This document shows positions 56,114 to 64,000 of a stretch of 64,000 bases of DNA, piece after piece (within the stretch, counting starts at the first letter, position 1; the number at the start of each line of letters is the position of its first letter). The DNA is taken from positions 3,684-67,683 of the forward strand of contig MFDD01000014.1 in assembly GCA_001776775.1 (NCBI GenBank), given 5' to 3'. The notes under the pieces were generated by a model, which searched no databases, was not told where the DNA came from, and saw nothing but the letters and a program-made list of their open reading frames with translations. Position numbers and translations under genes: made by a program. The DNA comes from Candidatus Daviesbacteria bacterium RIFCSPHIGHO2_02_FULL_43_12 (GTDB taxonomy: Bacteria > Patescibacteriota > Microgenomatia > Daviesbacterales > UBA10151).

Positions 56114-56520
56114 CCCCACTTAACTAGAATAATCGCCATGACTATCACGGATACAACTTGATAACCGTTATTAATAAAGTAAAGCGCCTTGGAGCGCTTC
56201 AAAAAAAGATAATCTCCCAGGCTACCCATCATCATAAACCCAACCCCAATCCATAAAGCCGTCAGAGTAGCATCAGTTAAAGTTTTGACTTGAAAAGCTA
56301 CTAAAACGCGTTCTAAAACATAGGCCATTAGCAGAGATGCTCCGGCTTCGAGCAGATACATTTTCTTTGCGCTTTCTTGATTGATCTCGGACTGGCTCTT
56401 ATTGATCAAAGCCATCCATTTTTTCCCAAAAAGGAGGCGAGAGTACCACAACATTCCAATGCCTATTCGAGCTATCACTGCAATAAATAAAGCTAAACTA
56501 ATTTCTATTCCGTTTTCCAA
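56110..56520 (-). CDS. DUF1761-family membrane protein
   Basis: GMLWYS.LFGK.W, INNGY; TTG start after AAGGAGGTG. Confidence 0.8.
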   Translation of the reverse strand: MENGIEISLALFIAVIARIGIGMLWYSRLLFGKKWMALINKSQSEINQESAKKMYLLEAGASLLMAYVLERVLVAFQVKTLTDATLTALWIGVGFMMMGSLGDYLFLKRSKALYFINNGYQVVSVIVMAIILVKWG

Positions 56521-56628
56521 ATGACACACCTCCTTGATCTACATAGACTGTAATATATTCTATCTCTCAGCACAAGCCTTATTCCTATTTTGCTTGACTC
56601 AATATATATTTATCCTATAATGTTTGTT

Positions 56629-58091
56629 ATGTTCGAGCTTTTCGGTAAATTTTATCCTAATCAAAAGTTGGCAGAGTTGCATGCGCATTCGAGTTTATCC
56701 AAAGATACGGTTAATGGTCTCAGTCCGGAACGGTTGGTAAGGATTGCTGTGGAAGTTGCAAAAATAGATGCTTTGGCTATTACTGATCACGACTCGATAG
56801 TTGGTTCACGAAGAGCTCGTAACTATGCCCGAAGGAGACAGTTACCCATAGAAATCATCCTGCTTCAGAGATTTCAACATCAGGTGGCCATGTGGTGGCT
56901 TTATATATTAAGCAAGATATCGAACCGGATCTGACTTCGGCAGAAACAGTAAAAAGAATCCATCGCCAAAGGGGTCTAGCTATTGCTCCTCATCCACTGT
57001 TTCAAAGAATACATGATTCCTTAGGGGAAGAAGGCGTATTGTCTGTTGCTAAGAGTATTGATCCCGAGGTGTACTGGGATGGTTTTGACATATTTAACGC
57101 TGGTGCAGCAGCTGTAACAAGAGGATTCCCCAACGAAAAAGCCTTAGCCTTTTATCTCCAACATCAAGATGAACTAGGAGCTCCAATTGGCAGCACTGAC
57201 TCCCATGGTGGATTAATTGGTCAAGCAGTAACTTCTTATGTAGATAATTTACCAGACGCTATTAAGAGCAAGGATACCGGAATATTACTGCTTGATCCGG
57301 AAGAGTTTACTGCTCGTTTGGCTACCCTTTTAGAAACACTCTGCCCAAAAAGACTTCGTCCTGGAATTATTGCTCGAGGAGAACGGATACAAAGACTACA
57401 TCGCAGTAGGATTAAACAACCACTGGGGGTGGCTGTTGTCCAAGGAGGGAGACACGAAGAAGCAGATTTATCCTTTTTGAGCCTAAGAGAATTAGGTAGA
57501 TATAATTTACTAACAGAAGGTCAAAAAACCGGCTGGCTAGCATCCCGGCTTGCCTTGAAGTTAGCCTATGGTAATGTTACAGGTTTACCAGCTGATTTGT
57601 TTCCAATGATCTCTGTTGATAATAAAATACAACCTGGCTCTTACAGTGGACCTCCGTTTATTAGCGCTAACCCTAATCTTCATTACTCCTTATCTCACTC
57701 AGAAACTGTAGGGATGGGCGGTGTCTCTAGTCATCCAGTGGGCGTGGATATTGAAAAGGTTATCGCCAGAAGTCATCGATTGTTAGATTATATTGCTACA
57801 CCTGGGGAGCAAGCCCAAGAAGAAGGTGGATTAGATAGACATCAACTGGTTACACGAATCTGGACCTTAAAAGAGGCTATCGCCAAGGGTACACAAATTG
57901 GTATTTCTATGCGGGATTTAGTTGTTCAACTATCGCGACAAAGAGGAGACACTTACGCTGCCAAAGTTTACTATAGAGGAAAGCACCTTTCTGATTGGAG
58001 AGCTGAAGTTTTTCACCGAGGAGATTACTACCTTAGTATAGCCCATCAGCTAGAAGATACTCCTCAGGATTTTGCAATCCATTGGCAATAA
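56629..58091 (+). pseudogene. PHP phosphoesterase fused to Sfp-type 4'-phosphopantetheinyl transferase, 1-nt frameshift at about 56860 (or sequencing error)
   Basis: ELHAHS, AITDHD, [frameshift] EIS..GH, APHP, GSTDSH; then SLSHS, GVDIE, WTLKEA. Confidence 0.75.
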
Positions 58092-58092
58092 A

Positions 58093-58500
58093 TTACCTCT
58101 TTGGAGATTGTTTCTTGGCCCGAGCTTTACCGGCTTGACCAAATTTTCGGCGTTCTTTAGCCCGAGGATCACGAGTCAGTAGTCCGGCACTTTTTAGAGA
58201 CGGTCGGTATTTTTCTTTGTCTACCTGCTCCAAAGCTCTAGCAAGACCGTGAACAATTGCCCCAACTTGGGCAGCAAACCCACCACCTTCAACTTTAATA
58301 GTTCCGGTGTATTGACCGAGGGTTGCAGTAACCTCAAAAGGTCTTTGATAAAGCTTTTGCAGAAGAGGTCCGCGGAAGTATTCGGAGATAGGCTTACCAT
58401 TCACTGTTAACTGCCCGTTACCTTTCAGAATACGGACTCTGGCAACGGCTTCTTTTCGTCTACCGACTGCATGAGAGAAATTTGTAACAGGAGTAGGCAT
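58093..58500 (-). CDS. rpsI: 30S ribosomal protein S9
   Basis: GRRKEAVARV, LTRDPR, QSPKR. Confidence 0.97.
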   Translation of the reverse strand: MPTPVTNFSHAVGRRKEAVARVRILKGNGQLTVNGKPISEYFRGPLLQKLYQRPFEVTATLGQYTGTIKVEGGGFAAQVGAIVHGLARALEQVDKEKYRPSLKSAGLLTRDPRAKERRKFGQAGKARAKKQSPKR

Positions 58501-58922
58501 TAGACTTTGGCTCCTAGCTGTTTTTCAAAAGGATGTTTCTCGCCTGAATAGATATGTAGCTTTTTAACCATCTCTTTGCCTAGCTTGGATTTCGGCAACA
58601 TTCCGGACACAGCGTATTTGATTATATCGTTGGGACGGCGAAGATTTAATTTTTCAAAAGATTCTTGCTTGTCGCCTCCGGGAAATCCGGAGTGGCGGAA
58701 ATATACTTTTTGCTTAGCTTTGCGACCGGTTACTTTGACAAGAGCGGAGTTCGTGACGATGACAAAATCTCCGTTGTCGAGAAATGGCACAAAGCTAGGC
58801 TTATTTTTACCCATGAGTTTAGTGGCAATATCGGTAGCTATTCGGCCAAGGATCTGACCCTTAGCGTCAACATGATGCCAATTTCTTTTAATATCTTTCG
58901 CGGACATGGAATTAGTAGACAT
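58500..58922 (-). CDS. rplM: 50S ribosomal protein L13
   Basis: DAKGQILGR, GKNKP, HSGFPGG, GMLP. Confidence 0.97.
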   Translation of the reverse strand: MSTNSMSAKDIKRNWHHVDAKGQILGRIATDIATKLMGKNKPSFVPFLDNGDFVIVTNSALVKVTGRKAKQKVYFRHSGFPGGDKQESFEKLNLRRPNDIIKYAVSGMLPKSKLGKEMVKKLHIYSGEKHPFEKQLGAKV

Positions 58923-58926
58923 GAAT

Positions 58927-59037
58927 AAAATTTAAAAGTCAAAATTTAAAATTCAAAAATACAATTCAAAAGTAAAAAAGTATTTAAACTTTTGCCTTTT
59001 TACTTGCACTTTTAACTTTTGCCTTTTGAGTTTTAAC
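58927..59037. repeat. Inverted heptamer arrays AAAANTY / TTTTRNS spanning the rplQ stop
   Basis: aaaattt aaaagtc aaaattt aaaattc ... ttttaac ttttgcc ttttgag ttttaac. Confidence 0.7.
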
Positions 59038-59478
59038 CTCCTTTTGTTTTGGTAATTCTTGTGCAGCTTCCAACTTTTCTGTCTTGGTATCTTGTTTTGA
59101 TTTGCTTGTCTCTTGTCCCTTGTCACTTGAGCCCAGCAGCAGGCTCATCTGCACCATCAGAGCCCCATCGCCTTGTCTGTAACCTAGCTTAACAACAGAG
59201 GTATACCCCGAGTTACGATCTTTCATTCTGGGTGTTAAGTCGTTGATTAATTTCTCGTAAACTTCTTTTCTAGTTAGAAACTGAGCAACTAAACGCTTGG
59301 TGGTGGGAGATTTTGCCTGAGTGATTAACCGATCAACGAGTCCTTTAATAGCTGCAGCTTTAGCCTGAGTTGTTTGGATTTTTTCGGAAAGAATCAAAGA
59401 CGAGACTAACGCTTTGAAGAGCGCAGTTCTTTGGTTGGTGTCTCTTGAGAGTTTTTTACCATAAATACTATGCCTCAC
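58984..59478 (-). CDS. rplQ: 50S ribosomal protein L17 with low-complexity C-terminal tail
   Basis: MRH..KKLSR, IQTT.AKA, GYT, RQGD. Confidence 0.96.
   Translation of the reverse strand: MRHSIYGKKLSRDTNQRTALFKALVSSLILSEKIQTTQAKAAAIKGLVDRLITQAKSPTTKRLVAQFLTRKEVYEKLINDLTPRMKDRNSGYTSVVKLGYRQGDGALMVQMSLLLGSSDKGQETSKSKQDTKTEKLEAAQELPKQKEVKTQKAKVKSASKKAKV
59105..59132. repeat. Heptamer array CTTGTCN in the rplQ tail
   Basis: cttgtct cttgtcc cttgtca cttgagc. Confidence 0.65.
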
Positions 59479-60385
59479 CTAAAGACAGCCCCCTCTCTGT
59501 TAACTTCTCTGAGATAAGTCCTAAGGATTTTGTACCGAGGTTTTTCGCCTTCATTAGTTGGATCTTTGGAACTGATACTAATTTGCCGATGGTATCGATT
59601 TCGATAGCTTTTAAGGCATTGGTGATACGGACAGGAAGATCTAGCTCTTCAACTGATGATTTAAGCAGGTCCTCGGAAATGGTTGAAGAGGGTTTGACTA
59701 CTTCCGTTTCTTCAGCGGCCATCGGTTCGTATACTTGTTTAAAATACCCTGTTAATACTTCGGCAGCTTTATTGACAGCGTCAAGGGGAGCAATAGTTCC
59801 ATCAGTGGTGATCTCCAGTAGTAATTTGTCAAAATTGGTATTTCGACCAACCCGAGTTTGATCAACGGTGTAATTTACGGATATCACTGGACTATATAAA
59901 GCATCGACTGCCAGAGTTCCAATTTCGTTAATTTTTTTCTCTTCTGAGGGAACATAGCCAACACCGGTTTCGGCAGTCAACTCAACGACAAATTTTACTT
60001 TACTATCGGTGAGTGTTGCTATATGGACATCGGGAGTAACGATCTCTGCCACACCCTGAGTATCAATATCTGAAGCCTTAACCTCTCCAGCACCGCTTTT
60101 ATTGATAGTCAAACGAACAGCCTTATCTCCGTAAATTCTGACTCTAACCTTTTTTAAATTAAGGATAATTTGAATAGCATCTTCAACGACACCTTTCAAG
60201 GTAGAAAATTGATGTGATACTCCGTTAATTTTGACGGAAGTAATAGCACTTCCGGGGATAGAGCTAAGTAAGCATCGCCTTAGACTATTGCCTAAAGTGT
60301 GACCATAGCCTTGTTCCAAAGGTTCGATAGCCACAATGCTGGTGTTGCCATTCTCTTTTTCAAGTGTTACTGTAAATCTTTGCAT
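59468..60385 (-). CDS. rpoA: RNA polymerase alpha subunit
   Basis: EPLEQGYGHTLGNSLRR, TDG, NLGTKS. Confidence 0.97.
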   Translation of the reverse strand: MQRFTVTLEKENGNTSIVAIEPLEQGYGHTLGNSLRRCLLSSIPGSAITSVKINGVSHQFSTLKGVVEDAIQIILNLKKVRVRIYGDKAVRLTINKSGAGEVKASDIDTQGVAEIVTPDVHIATLTDSKVKFVVELTAETGVGYVPSEEKKINEIGTLAVDALYSPVISVNYTVDQTRVGRNTNFDKLLLEITTDGTIAPLDAVNKAAEVLTGYFKQVYEPMAAEETEVVKPSSTISEDLLKSSVEELDLPVRITNALKAIEIDTIGKLVSVPKIQLMKAKNLGTKSLGLISEKLTERGLSLGEA

Positions 60386-60395
60386 TTTTATATTT

Positions 60396-60998
60396 CTATC
60401 TTGAATAGTACTCTACAATCAGCTGTTCATTAACAATCTTTTCCATCTCGTCGCGGCGTGGAATCCGGATCACTTTACCAACCGCTCCTTTTCTCTCTAA
60501 CCACTCCGGAAGATCCGTGTGCGTAGCTAAATTCTTTTTAACTTGTGTATTATCTACGAATTTGGCTGAAATTGCAATCACCATTTCCGGTTTAACCCAA
60601 AATGACGGGATGGTCACTTTTTTGCCGTCGACTGTCACATGTCCATGGGAAACGACCTGGCGAGCCTCAGCCCTTGAAGAAGTTAACCCTAAACGATAAA
60701 CCACATTATCCAAGCGAGTTTCCAGAATTTCCAGCATAGTTTGTCCAGTTGAACCTTTCGCTTTTGAAGCCCGCTGATAAATGCCGTTAAACTGTTTTTC
60801 AAGTAACCCAAAGAGTCGTTTGGCCTTTTGTTTCTCCCGAAGTTGAACACCATATTCAGAGCTGCGTCTTCTCATCTTAGTCCCCCTCATCCCTGGTGGA
60901 ATAGCCCCTTTGCGTTCAATAGACTTAAGATCCTTGGTGGACAGGGCAACTCCTTCTCGACGGCTTAATCTTCGTTTCGGACCAGTGTATCTACTCAT
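60396..60998 (-). CDS. rpsD: 30S ribosomal protein S4
   Basis: YGVQLREKQK, LETRLDNVVYR, IVEYYSR. Confidence 0.97.
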   Translation of the reverse strand: MSRYTGPKRRLSRREGVALSTKDLKSIERKGAIPPGMRGTKMRRRSSEYGVQLREKQKAKRLFGLLEKQFNGIYQRASKAKGSTGQTMLEILETRLDNVVYRLGLTSSRAEARQVVSHGHVTVDGKKVTIPSFWVKPEMVIAISAKFVDNTQVKKNLATHTDLPEWLERKGAVGKVIRIPRRDEMEKIVNEQLIVEYYSR

Positions 60999-60999
60999 A

Positions 61000-61078
61000 A
61001 GTTTATAGTTCGCTGCGCTTATAGTTTATAGTTTATAGTTTTAATCCCATAAACCATTTACCATAAACTATCTACCAG
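61000..61078. repeat. Inverted heptamer arrays AGTTTAT / ATAAACY between rpsK and rpsD
   Basis: agtttat agtttat agtttta ... ccataaa ccattta ccataaa ctatcta. Confidence 0.75.
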
Positions 61079-61477
61079 CTATACTCTTCTCCTTTTCTTT
61101 GCTCTCGGACCATTATGGGGCACTGGAGTAATATCAGCGATCAAATTTATATTCAAACCGGCATTTTTGAGAGCTCTAATCGCGGAATCCCTACCAGGAC
61201 CAGGACCTTTGATAAATAGCTCACAAGCGGTCATACCCATTAATTTAGCTTTATTAGCCACCGTTTCAACAGCACTAATCGCAGCAAAAGGAGTAGCTTT
61301 ACGAGCCCCTTTAAAACCAGATGCTCCTGATGAACTCCAGGCCAGAGTATCTCCTTTGGGATTAGTCAGGGTCACTAAAGTATTGTTAAAGGTCGCAGTT
61401 ACATAAACCTTTCCACTCGGAATATGTCTCTGAGAGTCGACTTTTTTCTTTGATTTAATCTCTGTTTTCTTAGCCAT
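61079..61477 (-). CDS. rpsK: 30S ribosomal protein S11
   Basis: ATFNNT, KGPGPGR, TPVPHNG. Confidence 0.97.
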   Translation of the reverse strand: MAKKTEIKSKKKVDSQRHIPSGKVYVTATFNNTLVTLTNPKGDTLAWSSSGASGFKGARKATPFAAISAVETVANKAKLMGMTACELFIKGPGPGRDSAIRALKNAGLNINLIADITPVPHNGPRAKKRRRV

Positions 61478-61494
61478 AATTAGTTGCTAGTGAA

Positions 61495-61890
61495 CTACTT
61501 TGGTGGTGCGGTTTTAGCCACAACATCCTTACGTACAGTACCGACAGTTTTTCTTTTACCTTTTTTAGTCCGAGCATTAGAGCGGGTTCTCTGTCCTCTA
61601 GCAGGCAAACCTTTTTTATGTCTGCTGCCCCGGTAAGACCCGATCTCTTCCAGTCTCTTAATATTTTGACCTACTTCACGACGCAAGTCTCCCTCGACCA
61701 TAAACTTATCGACTGCTTTCTGCAGGCGAGTCAACTCGTCCTCGGACAACTCCTGAAGACGCTTGGATGGATCTACTTTAGACTCTGCTAAAACTTTCAG
61801 TACATTCGATCGTCCGATACCATAAATATAGGTCAGTCCGATATCTGTTCTTTTATGTTCCGGTAAATCAACTCCTGCTATGCGTGCCAT
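61495..61890 (-). CDS. rpsM: 30S ribosomal protein S13
   Basis: [23 protein letters not shown]. Confidence 0.97.
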   Translation of the reverse strand: MARIAGVDLPEHKRTDIGLTYIYGIGRSNVLKVLAESKVDPSKRLQELSEDELTRLQKAVDKFMVEGDLRREVGQNIKRLEEIGSYRGSRHKKGLPARGQRTRSNARTKKGKRKTVGTVRKDVVAKTAPPK

Positions 61891-61898
61891 ATCTAATT

Positions 61899-61969
61899 TA
61901 AGTATCCAAGTAACAAGTTCTAAGTATGCAAATTAAGTTTGTATCTTGTTTCTTGTATCTTGGTTATTG
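61899..61969. repeat. Inverted heptamer arrays YAAGTWN / TTGTWTC between rpmJ and rpsM
   Basis: caagtaa caagttc taagtat ... ttgtatc ttgtttc ttgtatc ttggtta. Confidence 0.7.
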
Positions 61970-61974
61970 ACCTC

Positions 61975-62091
61975 CTATCCCTGTCTCTGCTTGTGTTTAG
62001 GATCTCGTGAGCAGATCACAAATAACACACCCTCGCGTTTAACGAACGTGCAAAATTTACATCTAGGTTTAATACTTGCTTGTACTTTCAT
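61975..62091 (-). CDS. rpmJ: 50S ribosomal protein L36 (not in ORF track)
   Basis: [38 protein letters not shown]. Confidence 0.97.
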   Translation of the reverse strand: MKVQASIKPRCKFCTFVKREGVLFVICSRDPKHKQRQG

Positions 62092-62104
62092 TTTTTTATA
62101 GTTA

Positions 62105-62175
62105 CTAGTCTCAAGAGTCCAGAGTCAAGTAAAACTTGGCTTTATGATTCCTTGACTCTTGCCACTTGTCTCTCG
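62105..62175. repeat. Inverted heptamer arrays (CAAG/CTTG core) between infA and rpmJ
   Basis: caagagt ccagagt caag ... tccttga ctcttgc cacttgt ctctcg. Confidence 0.65.
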
Positions 62176-62463
62176 TTACCTGATCCTGTAGGTGATCCTA
62201 CCCTTATCTAAATCATACTTCGGGCTCATCTCTATCTTCACTTTATCTCCCGTAAATAACTTAATATAGTTACGGCGCATTTTACCAGATATATGACACA
62301 AAATAACCCGTCCGAGCAACTCTGGTACCTCTATACATCTGGTTATCTCGACCCGAAACAAGGTATTAGGTAAAACTTCGGTTATTTTACCTTCTACTTC
62401 AATTTGATCCTGCATAAGCTTTCGCGCTTTAGGTATTCTACCAGAGTCAGCTTCATTTGACAA
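62176..62463 (-). CDS. infA: Translation initiation factor IF-1
   Basis: EVEG...[26 protein letters not shown]; true start may be the ATG of MQDQIE. Confidence 0.95.
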   Translation of the reverse strand: MSNEADSGRIPKARKLMQDQIEVEGKITEVLPNTLFRVEITRCIEVPELLGRVILCHISGKMRRNYIKLFTGDKVKIEMSPKYDLDKGRITYRIR

Positions 62464-62478
62464 CCTATAATTTAGAAA

Positions 62479-63234
62479 CTAGACGGTTCTCCAATCGGTC
62501 AAGACTTCGGCAGACTCTTTACCTACGATCAGCGTCATCTCGAATAATCCCCCCATTGACCCATCAGCGGTAACTAATGTCCATTTATCCGGAGCCAAGA
62601 CTACTTCGGCAGATTTCTCGGCGAAAATAACCTCAATAGCTATAGTCATTCCAGCTTTTAAGACTAGTCCCGTCCCTTGCGTACCAAATCCAGGTACTTC
62701 TGGAGCCTCGTGAAGTTTACGTCCAATTCCATGCCCAATTAGGGTCCGGGAAACGGAATATCCGGACTGATTCTCTACTATTTCCTGGATAACACCGCCG
62801 ATATCTCCGATCCTTCCCCCTTCTATGGCCAAGTCAACAGCCGCCCATAAAGCTCTTTCCCCAACCTCTAAAAAAGAACTTTTAGCTCCACCCACAATCA
62901 CACTCCAGGCAGTATCGGTATTCCATCCCTTAAAACAAGCCCCCAGGTCAATACTGACCTTGTCTCCTTGTTTTAAAATAATGTTGCGCGGAATCCCATG
63001 GACTAGCTCGTCGTTAACCGTTAAGCAGCAGGTGTAGCTATACCCAGGAACCTTTTTAAAGGCTGCTTCGGCCCCGTGTCTTAAGATTTCAGCCTCAGCA
63101 ATCCGTTCTAAATCCCAAAGACTAACCCCAACTGCTACAGCCTCAATCGTTTTTTTAAGCGCCTGAGCAGAGATCCAGCCGCTTTTACGCATTAGCTGTA
63201 ACTCTTCTTCTGTCCGAATATTAACGGCTGCCAT
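62479..63234 (-). CDS. map: Methionine aminopeptidase type I
   Basis: VHGIP, IDLG, DTA, GHGIG..LHE, AIE; ATG 63234 after GGAG. Confidence 0.95.
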   Translation of the reverse strand: MAAVNIRTEEELQLMRKSGWISAQALKKTIEAVAVGVSLWDLERIAEAEILRHGAEAAFKKVPGYSYTCCLTVNDELVHGIPRNIILKQGDKVSIDLGACFKGWNTDTAWSVIVGGAKSSFLEVGERALWAAVDLAIEGGRIGDIGGVIQEIVENQSGYSVSRTLIGHGIGRKLHEAPEVPGFGTQGTGLVLKAGMTIAIEVIFAEKSAEVVLAPDKWTLVTADGSMGGLFEMTLIVGKESAEVLTDWRTV

Positions 63235-63793
63235 GTCTCCTCCTAAGCTCTGCTTTGATATCCTTAAAATGTTCTTCAATATTTTTGGTCACTTCTTCAA
63301 CTGTTCCGGAAGCATCAATGACAGTTAATTTACCTTGATCCCGGTAATAAGTAATTACAGGTTCGGTTAATTCATGATAAACTTTTAAACGCTGCTCAAT
63401 GATTTCCGGGGTGTCATCACTCCTCTCGCGACCGAGCAGACGTTCTTTCACTATTCTTTGAGGTACTTCTAAAAAAACCACCATATCATACTGAGGATCG
63501 AACTTTTCCAACTGGGAGATCCGCCTAATATACCCATCAAAAATAAATCCTTTGGCCCCGTGTTCGACTTCTGCCTGGATCTTCTTCTTGACCATAGGTA
63601 TCACTATCTCATCTGGGACTAGTTGACCGGAATTGGACATCTCAAGGCAGATTCTTCCTTCTTCTGAATCTTCCAAAGCTTTTTCCCTAACCAGGTCTCC
63701 AGAGCGAATTAAACGAAGTCCCAAACTATCTGCTAAAATTTGAGCCTGAGTAGACTTACCTGAACCGATAGAGCCAAGTAGGAGAATTTTCAT
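63221..63793 (-). CDS. adk: Adenylate kinase (short LID)
   Basis: GSIGSGKSTQA, FDGYIR, RSDD. Confidence 0.93.
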   Translation of the reverse strand: MKILLLGSIGSGKSTQAQILADSLGLRLIRSGDLVREKALEDSEEGRICLEMSNSGQLVPDEIVIPMVKKKIQAEVEHGAKGFIFDGYIRRISQLEKFDPQYDMVVFLEVPQRIVKERLLGRERSDDTPEIIEQRLKVYHELTEPVITYYRDQGKLTVIDASGTVEEVTKNIEEHFKDIKAELRRRHGSR

Positions 63794-64000
63794 CGGTGCA
63801 AAAAGCCTTCGTAGTTACGCTCAATAAGTTTACTTTCAAACTGCTTAGCCGTATCCAAAATAACGGAAACTACAATCAAAATACTTGTTCCGCCAAGTAC
63901 CAAAGTCGAGATGCCGGTCATCTGAGAAATAACCGATGGTAAAACCGCCATACTACCAAGAAACAAGGCTCCCGCTAAAGTAATTCTGAGCATAATGTAG
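63790..64000 (-). CDS. secY: Preprotein translocase SecY, C-terminal part
   Basis: GGTSILIVVSV, NYEGF; upstream of adk. Confidence 0.93.
   Translation of the reverse strand, partial: YIMLRITLAGALFLGSMAVLPSVISQMTGISTLVLGGTSILIVVSVILDTAKQFESKLIERNYEGFLHR

Noticed and set aside
56851-56870. Programmed ribosomal frameshift in the PHP-PPTase gene
   Set aside because: No slippery heptamer or obvious stimulatory structure; a single-base deletion is more likely
58927-62175. CRISPR array
   Set aside because: Repeats are 7-bp tandem units without unique spacers; no cas genes

Overview
A 64-kb stretch of a compact, gene-dense bacterial chromosome using the standard bacterial genetic code. Gene content, scarce Shine-Dalgarno sites, many short or leaderless 5' ends and Microgenomates-type conserved hypotheticals suggest a Patescibacteria (CPR) genome; this is inference, not a database match. 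In order it carries: a pentose-phosphate/sugar operon (rpiB-rpe-LOG-tktN-tktC-ndh-pfkB-lacD-like), tgt, a convergent two-component pair, dsbA/VKOR, tRNA-Gln, gltX, aspS, a Phe/Tyr terminal-pathway operon, ridA, an ATP-grasp plus M14/ASTE pair, recJ, cca, secDF, RNase P RNA, miaA, pmt, HU, rny, recX/recA, tRNA-Pro, metK with a SAM riboswitch, and the end of the spc/alpha ribosomal operons. The ORF track missed several things. The main one is two back-to-back leader-peptide transcription attenuators: an F/W/Y-rich leader before the aromatic operon and an L/I-rich leader before the uncharacterised ATP-grasp/peptidase pair. Others are a terminator-bearing structured leader before tgt, a dispersed family of degenerate 7-bp repeat arrays (often inverted, some inside genes), a comM gene collapsed by internal deletion, a frameshifted PHP-PPTase fusion and a doubly inactivated endonuclease next to tRNA-Pro. 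No CRISPR array, integrase or transposase was seen. All calls come from reading the sequence and recognising motifs; no searches were run.
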